DNA from: Planctomycetota bacterium | GTDB lineage: Bacteria > Planctomycetota > UBA1135 | DNA length: 39,482 nucleotides | Direction of reading: 5' to 3' | Assembly: GCA_028821845.1 (NCBI GenBank) | Contig: JAPKEZ010000002.1 | Location: 1-39,482, forward strand | In this document: piece after piece, positions 8,689-17,466 of the stretch | Layout of the letters: each line of letters opens with the position of its first letter | How positions within the stretch are numbered: position 1 is the stretch's first letter | The notes under the pieces: generated by a model | What the model saw: only the letters and a program-made list of their open reading frames with translations | Databases searched by the model: none | What the model was told of the DNA's origin: nothing | Made by a program: the position numbers and the translations under genes

Positions 8689-10744
8689 CTCTATACGTCC
8701 GCGCAATGCTTTGCTTACTGCCATTAAACGCATATGGTGGCTTATGGGAGCACTGCTAATCATTATGAGTGGCTTTCGCCTACTCTTCGTGATTCAGTTT
8801 GCTCACCCTGAGGTATTTACCGATTTTTTCAGCGCCTTGCCATCGGCATTCGCCTTCGGAGTATTGCACGACTTGCGAATCCTGTCATTGATTTCGCTAC
8901 CAACCACTCTTTCACTTTTGTGGATGCGTCAGCGCACGCCAAAACGCTGGAGTCTTTGGTTGGGCCGCACGACACTTTACTGGACCTTCGTTATTTCATT
9001 CATTTTCATCGCACTTGGCGCTGATCAAATCTATTATTCTTACTTTCAGAGCCACTTCAACATTCTCGCCTTTGGCGCAGTTGAAGACGACGTTAGTGCC
9101 GTACTGATTAGTGCCTGGGAAACATACCCATTGGCCCTATACTTCGCAATGATTCTCGGGACCACCTATTTGCTCTACCGGGTAGTCCGCCGCGCATTTC
9201 GAGTTTCAAACTTCTTGCATATCGAAAAGCAGCCCGAGATAAAACAAGTTGAAATTATGTTCAACTGGCATTTCAGTTCTCATTTAGTATGCACTGTTAT
9301 GCTTTGCTCGATATCGCTAACACCAGCCTTTGTCCAGCTTAACAAAAATTTCCCCCAATCAAACTTTGTGCGTTCAGTAAGCGAAAGTGGTGTTGAAGAA
9401 CTGGCCGAAACAGTTTGGAATAGGATTCTGGAGAGAGATCTTTCTACGGCTACAAAGTTTGGGTACGCTACAGCCGACGGTGCTCTTAGCGAACTATTTC
9501 CCAACAGAACCTTTGGCGGCGAAACTCTATTCAGTAAGATACCCACGCAATATTTTAAGCCCGAGATTAAAAGTGACAGCAGACCGCACGTCGTGTTGAT
9601 AGTCATGGAAAGTTTAGCCACTCATCTATTGCGATTCCAAGACAGTAACTTCGATTTGCTTGGCAGCGCCAAGCAACATTTTGAGAACGGTGTTCTCTTT
9701 GAACGCTTCCTGCCAGCTGACAATATTTCTGCAGGAAGTATTCTTGGTCTCTTCACCAATTTGCCTTACCGGCCAAACACCAAACAGCTATCTCAGGGCA
9801 CAAGCCAGGGCGCTACCTTTTTAACCTCATCTGCCTCGCTGTTTGCCAATCAGGGTTATGACACTGCCTTTTATTATGGCGGAGAAACAAACTGGCGAGA
9901 TCTCGACACGTTTTTACCTTTACAAAACTACAAAGAACTCGTCGGGCAAAAAGAGATTGTAGAGCGCTACCAACTAAACTTAGAAAAAGATGCCGCTCCA
10001 TGGGGGATCTGGGATGAGCATTTGTTCCGCGCGGTAGGCGATCGATTAAAGGAAGCACAGAGTCCTACATTTATGATTGTGTTTACCACCACCAATCATC
10101 CACCAAATCAGTTGCCGGCCAACTCTGACCTGCCAAAATTAAACCCAAGTAAATCTTTTTTACAGCTGGCCGCTGGCGACCAAGGTTTAAGTTCAATACA
10201 GCAGCAGCAAATTTTAACGTATCAATATTCAAATCATCAACTAGGTGATTTCCTCGACGACTTAAAGACAAGCGGGCTCGCAAAAGACACGGTAATTGGC
10301 ATCACCGGAGACCACACCGCTGGCATGGGCATCCCTTTTGCCCAGAGCGAGTTGATTCTCAAGCGCGCCGTACCATTTGTATTACTCACGCCAGATTACA
10401 TCAGCGAGCAATACCAGGCGAATTCACTCACGCCAGGCAGCCATAAAGATGTAATCCCCACCCTGTTTCATGCCGCTGGATTGGGGCATAAAGGCTACAA
10501 AGGTCTGGGCACAAGCCTACTCGACAACAGCATCTATCATTTTGGATGCAACGCCGATGGTTTCGTGATTTACGATGGTGGGCTGGCAAATATGCGCCAA
10601 AATGGATTTGATAGCTACAAATGGTCTGATAGCGGATATTTGATTAACGACGAACCTGATGATGAAAACGCTGAAATAGCCGTAAATCGCTATAGAGCGA
10701 TTGTGTCGCTCACCGATTGGTTAATTTTCTCATTTTCGGATTAA
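8681..10744 (+). CDS. LTA synthase (LtaS)/phosphoglycerol transferase-family membrane sulfatase-fold protein
   Basis: About 5 N-terminal TM segments followed by a sulfatase-fold domain: VVLIVMES, TTTNHPP, GDH, VPF and SHKD..PT. Confidence 0.85.
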   Translation: MPNSIRPRNALLTAIKRIWWLMGALLIIMSGFRLLFVIQFAHPEVFTDFFSALPSAFAFGVLHDLRILSLISLPTTLSLLWMRQRTPKRWSLWLGRTTLYWTFVISFIFIALGADQIYYSYFQSHFNILAFGAVEDDVSAVLISAWETYPLALYFAMILGTTYLLYRVVRRAFRVSNFLHIEKQPEIKQVEIMFNWHFSSHLVCTVMLCSISLTPAFVQLNKNFPQSNFVRSVSESGVEELAETVWNRILERDLSTATKFGYATADGALSELFPNRTFGGETLFSKIPTQYFKPEIKSDSRPHVVLIVMESLATHLLRFQDSNFDLLGSAKQHFENGVLFERFLPADNISAGSILGLFTNLPYRPNTKQLSQGTSQGATFLTSSASLFANQGYDTAFYYGGETNWRDLDTFLPLQNYKELVGQKEIVERYQLNLEKDAAPWGIWDEHLFRAVGDRLKEAQSPTFMIVFTTTNHPPNQLPANSDLPKLNPSKSFLQLAAGDQGLSSIQQQQILTYQYSNHQLGDFLDDLKTSGLAKDTVIGITGDHTAGMGIPFAQSELILKRAVPFVLLTPDYISEQYQANSLTPGSHKDVIPTLFHAAGLGHKGYKGLGTSLLDNSIYHFGCNADGFVIYDGGLANMRQNGFDSYKWSDSGYLINDEPDDENAEIAVNRYRAIVSLTDWLIFSFSD

Positions 10745-10793
10745 TTATCAGCGGAAATACGTTATTATTGATATATCCAACATGGGTAACATA

Positions 10794-11828
10794 ATGAAAA
10801 AAACACTTAGCATAATTTTAGCTTTAGCTGGCATAGCTGTTTTCAGCTCTCCGGCATTTGGCGCACCTCAATGATGAGGCGGCGGCGGCCCCCGTGGGGG
10901 TGCTGGTTACTCGGGTCCGGGTGACACATCAAATCCAGGCGGTGCAGGCCCTGCTTCGCCTTCTACACCTACTGGTGGCGGCGTTCCAGGCGCGCCTTCG
11001 ACACCAGGTGGTGGCGCAGGTCCAGCGACCCCAGCAGGCGGTGGCGCAGCAATGCCATTACCGCCGCACGGTCAAACGGCTAAAGATATCATGAAGCTAA
11101 AGTGGGATTTCCCTACTCATAATATCTACAAGCGCGAAGATACCAAAGGTGCCAACGCAACTATTGCAACAAAAATAGAAGCCGCTCTTCCAGAGCAAGA
11201 AGCTTATTTTACGATTGCAGGCGACGACCGTCGTCCGTTGCTAGTGCTTCGCGAGTGTTTGATATGTAACGGCACTGATGACGCATTACTTTCAAGTTAT
11301 GAAAACAATGAAGCCGTCTTGATAGTTACTCGTTGGTTCCATTGCGTTAAGTTGCCTACAGACATTCTTAGCGACGAGCATTCATTCCATACTTTGTTCG
11401 AGGGTGACCACCCACCGCACTTATTCGTGTCGCGCTGGGATGGCAGTAATCCAATTGAATTGCGCGGAGATTTGTCTCGTAGCGAATTGTTGGGCAACAT
11501 GTACGCAACCTTGAAGGCGGAATACAAAAAAGACGCAAAAAAGGCGGCTAAAGAAATAACTAAGCTCATGTATGTTTACGACATGCTTGATGAAAAGATT
11601 CAACGTCTTGAAATCACAATCGACGACGAGCTAGAAAGACGTGGCCCTAAGTCTAAAAAGCTTAAGAAGTACCGCAAGCAGCTCGAAGCCGCACAAAAAG
11701 AAATGGCAGCAGCGAAAGAAAAGGAAGCCGTGCTTTCTAACCTTCAGCTAAAGAACCCTGACGAAGCGCCAAACGCACTCGCAGAACTCCTAGAGTCGCG
11801 TAAAAACGGCCTGCCGGCTGGTCAGTAA
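10794..11828 (+). CDS. Secreted thioredoxin-like (CxxC) protein with tandem in-frame TGA TGA; candidate Sec-Sec selenoprotein
   Basis: ATG 10794 (or 10782) is in frame with the 11052 ORF: MKKTLSIILALAGIAVFSSPAFGAPQ-TGA(10872)-TGA(10875)-GGGGPRGGAGYSGPGDTSNPGG..., then RPLLVLRECLIC ... WFHCVKLP and a coiled-coil C-terminus. 344 codons with read-through. Confidence 0.75.
10883..10905 (+). promoter_or_regulatory. Candidate bacterial SECIS hairpin
   Basis: CGGC-G-GCCCC [CGTG] GGGGT-GCTG forms about 9 bp with one bulged G. The apical loop has G at position 2 followed by U and begins 18 and 15 nt after the two TGA codons. Confidence 0.55.
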
Positions 11829-11833
11829 TTTAT

Positions 11834-11870
11834 TACAATTAGGGAGATGCATCGTCACTCCCTAATTGTA
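11834..11870. repeat. Perfect 13-bp inverted repeat enclosing a start codon
   Basis: TACAATTAGGGAG (11834-11846), then the loop ATGCATCGTCA, then CTCCCTAATTGTA (11858-11870). Confidence 0.9.
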
Positions 11871-13088
11871 CGTTTCTCTCTTTTGTGCCTAGCGTTAGTC
11901 ACATGTACTACATTTGCTAGCGCACAAAAGAAGAAAGACGGCGACGATAAAGAAAAGAAATATAAAGAAGATCCATACACCGAGAATATCGAAGATGTAT
12001 GGCGCGTAGCTGGTTATGAAGCTATGGGTGATTTTGGCTGGGCCGACGGTCACGGTACAGTAAACATCGAAGATGCCATTGGCGAAGAAGAGTTAATCTT
12101 CATCGAAACTAAACACTTTAAAATTGGTTGCTGTTTGCCAAACTATAAAATTTCTCGCGAAGATAAAGTCGAAAAAAATAAAATAGAGGGTGAACTAGAT
12201 GAATTACGCAAAATAATTCCTAATATACCTAGACGCGTAAAGGTACTCGACAAATGGTTGCGACTGCACCTTTATGCCATGCGTATCGAAAAGCTATACA
12301 CTAGTATTCAGAGTATACTGCAAGTTAGCGACGATGATTTCCCGACTGGTCCTGGTCAATTAAAGAATGGTAAATACATGGGTGAAGGCCCCTACTTGGG
12401 GATGAAGTCTAAGTTCACTTTATTGCTGTTTGACAAAGAGAGTAGTGTCGGCCGTTACCGCACTGCATTCATGGGGGAAACGGGTGTTATCCCTATTCGC
12501 TTCTTGTTTCCGAACGAAGGCACTCTGCTGTATGCATGTGCTGCTCAAAACGAAGGTCTTGCTTCTGATACCACCATGCACTGCGCAATGGTGTATGCGG
12601 TTACTCAGAATCTTCTAAACGGTTATCGGCACTATGGCCAGGCGATGCCGACTTGGTTACCGCTGGGTGTTGCTCATTCGTTGGCCCGCGACATTGATCA
12701 GAAACGCAACTATTTCACCGATAAGCGGCTCTACGATTCGGAAGACAAGAACATATGGAAGTGGGACACTAAAACCCGCAAACGCGTCGATTACGATATC
12801 GCCATTCCGTATCAAGCGATGACAGCGTGGGGTTCGCCGACTTCCTTGTCTTATAACGACCACGTAATGGCGTGGGCGCGCGTAGATTTTCTGCTGAAGG
12901 AACATAAGGATTGGGTGGCTAAATGGCTGTACCGGATGCAGGACAGCTATGCTCCAACCCTAGTTCCGTCTGCTGAGCAACTTGTAGAGCGCGACAAAGA
13001 GACCGTGGCAGAGATATTTGTCTTTGAAGATGGTGACTTCGAGTCAGTTTGGCAGCAGTGGGTTAAAAAAAATTATAAAAGAAAATAG
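11847..13088 (+). CDS. Secreted hypothetical protein, possibly a degenerate zincin-like (peptidase MA-like) fold
   Basis: Signal peptide ending TFASA|Q. PTWLPLGVAH resembles the PxWxxEGxA motif, but no HExxH is present. Confidence 0.7.
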   Translation: MHRHSLIVRFSLLCLALVTCTTFASAQKKKDGDDKEKKYKEDPYTENIEDVWRVAGYEAMGDFGWADGHGTVNIEDAIGEEELIFIETKHFKIGCCLPNYKISREDKVEKNKIEGELDELRKIIPNIPRRVKVLDKWLRLHLYAMRIEKLYTSIQSILQVSDDDFPTGPGQLKNGKYMGEGPYLGMKSKFTLLLFDKESSVGRYRTAFMGETGVIPIRFLFPNEGTLLYACAAQNEGLASDTTMHCAMVYAVTQNLLNGYRHYGQAMPTWLPLGVAHSLARDIDQKRNYFTDKRLYDSEDKNIWKWDTKTRKRVDYDIAIPYQAMTAWGSPTSLSYNDHVMAWARVDFLLKEHKDWVAKWLYRMQDSYAPTLVPSAEQLVERDKETVAEIFVFEDGDFESVWQQWVKKNYKRK

Positions 13089-13153
13089 CAATTTTATGCT
13101 TTAGTAAAGCGATTTAAAGCCGCAAATGTGTGCGAGGGAGACCTCGTAACGTC

Positions 13154-15076
13154 ATGCGACTTCAAAAACTTTTACTACTAGCACTGCTAATAACTGTACT
13201 TCCGGCCTGTGGGGCTGCTGGTGAAGATTCGCATAATAGTCCGCCAAATAGCGGCCCTGATGGAGATGCGAATGAGCCCATCTATCCACCAGACGTACTG
13301 TCTGGTCCTGCTACTTTTTATGTTGATCACAGTAGTGGAGCGAACGATGTTCCTCCAGGAGATGCTGCAAAGGGTTTTGCGAGTGCTCATACTTCTGAGG
13401 GACTCATGCGCGAACTGAATGACACAGGCACTGCTGGTGGGCTATTACGCCATGATCTGCGGGTCAATATTCCTCGCGGAGGTGTGCCAACCTCACTCTT
13501 GGAAGGCGAGAGAATAGGGCTCTAAACCTGGATAACCGCGATGGGAACTCCTCTCGATCAATCTCCTTCTACGGAGGGCGAGGAATACAACTCTGGCCTA
13601 GCGCCCTACGCACGCTGGACCCCGATGAGCGCTGATATCTGGGCAGATACGGTTGTCACTATGCTCGAGAATTACGAATCGCGTAACGGGTTCGTGCCTA
13701 ACTTTGTAGAAATATGGAATGAGCCAGATCGTCGTGAATTTTACAACGGAGACATCGCGGACTACTTGGAAGTCTACACAGCTACTTCTCAAAAAATTAA
13801 ATTCCGCTGGCCGGAGATACAAGTGGGCGGAATGGGACTGGCCGGGTACAGGTCAGAAATGGGCGGAACTCAATCGGCAATCTTGTCGTTAATAGATCAT
13901 GCCGCTGCCAATAATCTACCTTTAGATTTCGTGTCTTGGCACCATTACACCATTGCCAATGGCCTGCAGTACTCAGGATTTTTAGAAGAGGTACGACAAC
14001 GCTTGAGCAGCTACAACATGTCGGAGGTTAAATTAATAATTTCTGAATGGAATATTTATCCATCGCCGAATGCCGAGTTCGATCGTGGACATAATGCTGC
14101 TAACTACGCAGGGTTTCAAACTACAGCTCGCGAATTAGGGCTGGACGGAAACATTATGTTCGTACTACAAGATATAACGCGAGGTAATGCTAGCATTGGT
14201 GACTTTACTGGAAACGGCATGGGCTCGATAACTGAACACGGCATCAAAAAGCCAGCCTTTCATGTTATTGAAGCGATCCAAGCAATGTCGAGTGAACCTA
14301 TGCTTACAACAATCCGCCCGGAGAATGAACTCAGCGTAAATGTTTATGCAACGAAGATGGGCAACCGCGTACGGTACGTTGTTAGCAATGATTCCGTCCC
14401 AGGCGAATGGGTATGGGCGAATAGATTACGCGACGCCGGCCTGGCCCCTGGTTACTTGTGGACGCTTTACTCTAACGCATCAGAGAATAATGGGAATTCA
14501 CACAGACCGACTAACGTCGAATTACTTGATGAGGGAATGGCAGAATTAGAAATTACTGCCATCCGCGAAATCGAAGACGAATTGAATATGTCATGGATTT
14601 TTAAAGGAAAAGATCGCCCAGTTGAGATTGTCTTTGGCGGAGACCAACTTCCAAGCATATCTAATGTTCGCCGTTTTGATAGCACTCACAACAACTTTGC
14701 TGATCGCGTCGAAGAAATAATGCCTTACCTTGTGCAGACTGAAGAAAACGCGAAATGGTATGCGCAGAATGAGGCGGCAGACTACCTTGGCACTTACGGA
14801 ATTATTGTTAGCCCTGAAGAACTCGCTCTTTACGATGACATACAGCAATGGGCTCTAGAAAATGATGTGCCGCAAGGCATCGTTAGCAGCGCGATAAGTG
14901 TTTACCAAAAATCATTTGCTGAAGGACGTTTATTTGATGTGGATTTATTGAATCACTTACCACAAATGAGTGTCAACTCAATGACGGCCAGAGAGGCTAA
15001 CGTGACGTCTGTCGCCGGTTCAGTGGCCTTTCAAATGGAACCGAATTCGGTTGTCATCTTTGATCTCTACCTTTAA
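13154..15076 (+). pseudogene. GH39/clan GH-A glycoside hydrolase lipoprotein interrupted by one in-frame TAA (13523-13525)
   Basis: ORFs 13130..13525 and 13541..15076 share a frame, joined as ...ERIGL*TWITAMGTP.... Lipobox LPAC; catalytic motifs EIWNEPD, DFVSWHHY and IISEWN. Confidence 0.75.
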
Positions 15077-15571
15077 TCAGTCGGCTCTGTAATACCAAAC
15101 ACCAAGCTGTCCCTCGGTTTCTTCAACCGCCATGCGCATCGAATGCACTTCCATATCTGCGAAGTTGTGCTGCAATTTTTTCAGCAACAAACGGCCAACG
15201 TAGGCAGCAAGATTTTCAGCCGAAGTATTGTTCACCGGCAAGATAATGATATCTGCACTGGGCGCAGCGTAGTAGCGTTCGCGATAATTGATTTCGACAA
15301 CTCCATCATCGCGAGTACTGTGAGTAAGCTCGGAATGTTCACCTGGAATCAGCCAACGTTCGTCTAAAGAATCGACAATTTCGCGAATGAGTGGCTTAAC
15401 CTGGGTGAAGTCAATCACTAACCCAAACTGCGACAAGCCGCCAGACACTTCGCAGAACACCCGGTAGTTATGGCCATGTAAGCGTTCGGCGCTGCCATCG
15501 GGGAATATCAAAAAGTGTGCCGCTGAGAACTTCAGGTATTCCTTTTTTATTTCTATTGCCCAGCGTTCCAT
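15077..15571 (-). CDS. 6-pyruvoyl-tetrahydropterin synthase family, PTPS-III type (ExxHGH)
   Basis: Motifs FSAAHF, AERLHGHNY (Glu, no Cys), NTSAENLA and VEET. Confidence 0.85.
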   Translation of the reverse strand: MERWAIEIKKEYLKFSAAHFLIFPDGSAERLHGHNYRVFCEVSGGLSQFGLVIDFTQVKPLIREIVDSLDERWLIPGEHSELTHSTRDDGVVEINYRERYYAAPSADIIILPVNNTSAENLAAYVGRLLLKKLQHNFADMEVHSMRMAVEETEGQLGVWYYRAD

Positions 15572-15572
15572 T

Positions 15573-16397
15573 TTATATTTTAATATCGGCTAAAGAAAAG
15601 ACCGGGCCTTGGCTGCATGTCGTCGCGTAGGGCCAATCAGAGAATTTTCCCTCGACACTAGTAGGTACCGGGCAAGAATTGCAAACTCCGAAGCCACATC
15701 CCATATAAGTTTCTAGGCTTAAAAAAGAGGTGAGGTTGCGCAAACGAGCGAAATCGGCAAATGCATGCAGCAAGCCCTCTGGGCCACATGCTACAAATAT
15801 GGACTTGCTTGAAATACGTTTCTTATCTAGCTCGACTGCAAGACAAGCAATGACGTTGCCTTTGAAGCCCTGACTACCATCGTCCGTTGAGTAATGAGTA
15901 TTAATACTTAACTCATCGAATGACTTATGGTCAAATAAATGCTGCTGCGTACGTCCGCCAAAAAACATGTGAGTGTTTTCTGGTGCGCCAAGCGCGATGC
16001 GTTGTTGAGCATACATTAGAAACGGTGCGCTACCAACACCTCCGGCAACCATGACTACGTCTTGATCAGCGGCAGCGACATCGAAACCGTTGCCCAGCGG
16101 CAATAAACAGCGTAGCATGGTGCCAATGGGTGCTTCGACTAAGGCTGCTGTGCCCTTTCCCATTTTTTGGACAAGAAAAGTAAATATATTTAGCTCAGGC
16201 CGCTCATAAACTGAAAACGGGCGCGCAATAACTGTTGGCGAATTTTCAGATAGCGACAACATCGCGAATTGCCCAGGACGCAAACCATCAGCGATGCCGT
16301 TGATTTCGACGTCAATAACCCAAGCCTGCTCGCCAACCTCTCGGCTAGCGACGATGGGTGCTAAAACTACTTGGGAGCTATCTAAGGCTGATGCCAT
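15573..16397 (-). CDS. pyrK: Dihydroorotate dehydrogenase B electron transfer subunit (FAD, 2Fe-2S)
   Basis: Motifs PGQF, RPFS, GKGT, PLGNGF, VAGGVG, ACGP and SLE..MGCGFGVCNSC...C..GPVF. Confidence 0.88.
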   Translation of the reverse strand: MASALDSSQVVLAPIVASREVGEQAWVIDVEINGIADGLRPGQFAMLSLSENSPTVIARPFSVYERPELNIFTFLVQKMGKGTAALVEAPIGTMLRCLLPLGNGFDVAAADQDVVMVAGGVGSAPFLMYAQQRIALGAPENTHMFFGGRTQQHLFDHKSFDELSINTHYSTDDGSQGFKGNVIACLAVELDKKRISSKSIFVACGPEGLLHAFADFARLRNLTSFLSLETYMGCGFGVCNSCPVPTSVEGKFSDWPYATTCSQGPVFSLADIKI

Positions 16398-16435
16398 AGG
16401 CTAATTGTAGCCTCGCGCAGGATTACAATGTAGCT
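16398..16435. promoter_or_regulatory. Back-to-back divergent leaderless promoters
   Basis: Minus strand: TACAAT-tagcct-ATG(16397). Plus strand: TACAAT(16424-16429)-gtagct-GTG(16436). Confidence 0.7.
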
Positions 16436-16873
16436 GTGGTTTATTCCGACAATCCAATAATCGCAAGTGGCGTGGTGCTTTACTCAAGAAACGCTAGTGG
16501 GTGTACTTTTTTGCTCTTGCAAAGTGCTCGCCATCAGACATGGGGCTTCGCCAAGGGGCACGTCGATGGCGACGAAACATTATTGCAGTGTGCCCTACGC
16601 GAGGTGTCCGAAGAGACTGGCTACAAATTGTCGAGCGGAGATGTATTCGATATTTTCAATGATTGCTCTACGTATACTCTACCTAAAAGCGGCGAGCTGA
16701 AGCGTACTGTAATGTTCGTCACGCGTAATCCGGTAGTAGCGAACGATCTGAAAATCTCTGATGAACATCAGCAAGCTAAGTGGTGCAACCTAAGCGAAGC
16801 ACTTGAATTGCTTGAGCACCAGCAATCAAAAAGTTGTCTGCTACGCGCTGCCGATTGGCTGCAACTCAATTAA
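16436..16873 (+). CDS. NUDIX hydrolase, Ap4A hydrolase-like
   Basis: Nudix box WGFAKGHVDGDETLLQCALREVSEETG, plus ISDEH...W. Confidence 0.85.
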   Translation: MVYSDNPIIASGVVLYSRNASGCTFLLLQSARHQTWGFAKGHVDGDETLLQCALREVSEETGYKLSSGDVFDIFNDCSTYTLPKSGELKRTVMFVTRNPVVANDLKISDEHQQAKWCNLSEALELLEHQQSKSCLLRAADWLQLN

Positions 16874-17466
16874 TGGATACCTCCGAGGCAAATGACATCC
16901 TTAATGGAGTTGATGAGGATGGCGAGTCTTGGCCTCAACATTGCCGCCAAGTGGCACGTGTATCTCGTTGTTTGGCCGATGCCCTAAACAATTGCGGCAC
17001 CGATATAGATGCCGAATTATGCGAGCGCCAGGGCCTATTACACGACATTGGACGCAGTAAAACTCACGGGCCACTTCATGGCTGGACAGGATTCACCATG
17101 CTACGAGGTCTCGGACATTCTCCAGAAGCGCGTGGATGCCTTGCCCATTGGACTAAAGGTCGTCGCCAGGAAGAACTAGAGGCGGTGCAGATGTGGAAAC
17201 CGTCTTTTGTGGCGCGGGTATTTGAGGTGTTCGAGCAGCGACCATGGGATATTTACGATTCGGTGGTTAGTGCGGCCGATTCTTCGGTGCGTCATACAGA
17301 GATTGTGTCGATTGAAGCACGCCATCAAGATTTATTCGATCGCTACGGCGATTCCATTTGGATGCGCCGTGCTGCCGAACTTGCGCATATTCACGCCACT
17401 GAGTTGGGCGATATATTAAAATCTCCGGTCGCAGAGCTAATAAGCCCTCTCTACGGCACCGAATAA
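16873..17466 (+). CDS. HD-domain (HDIG) phosphohydrolase
   Basis: Motifs HC..VA, GLLHDIGR, H...G, H and AAD. Starts at a TAATG overlap at 16873. Confidence 0.85.
   Translation: MDTSEANDILNGVDEDGESWPQHCRQVARVSRCLADALNNCGTDIDAELCERQGLLHDIGRSKTHGPLHGWTGFTMLRGLGHSPEARGCLAHWTKGRRQEELEAVQMWKPSFVARVFEVFEQRPWDIYDSVVSAADSSVRHTEIVSIEARHQDLFDRYGDSIWMRRAAELAHIHATELGDILKSPVAELISPLYGTE

Noticed and set aside
10878-11051. Tandem DNA repeat or CRISPR-like array in the GC-rich stretch
   Set aside because: The imperfect repeats are explained by PGGG/PSTP linker codons, and there is no constant repeat-spacer structure.
10858-11094. Track ORF of 78 aa (MAHLNDEAAAAP...) or a frameshift bypassing the TGA TGA
   Set aside because: It is a shadow frame of the Gly/Pro linker. 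The signal peptide, linker and CxxC domain are already in one frame, so no frameshift is needed.
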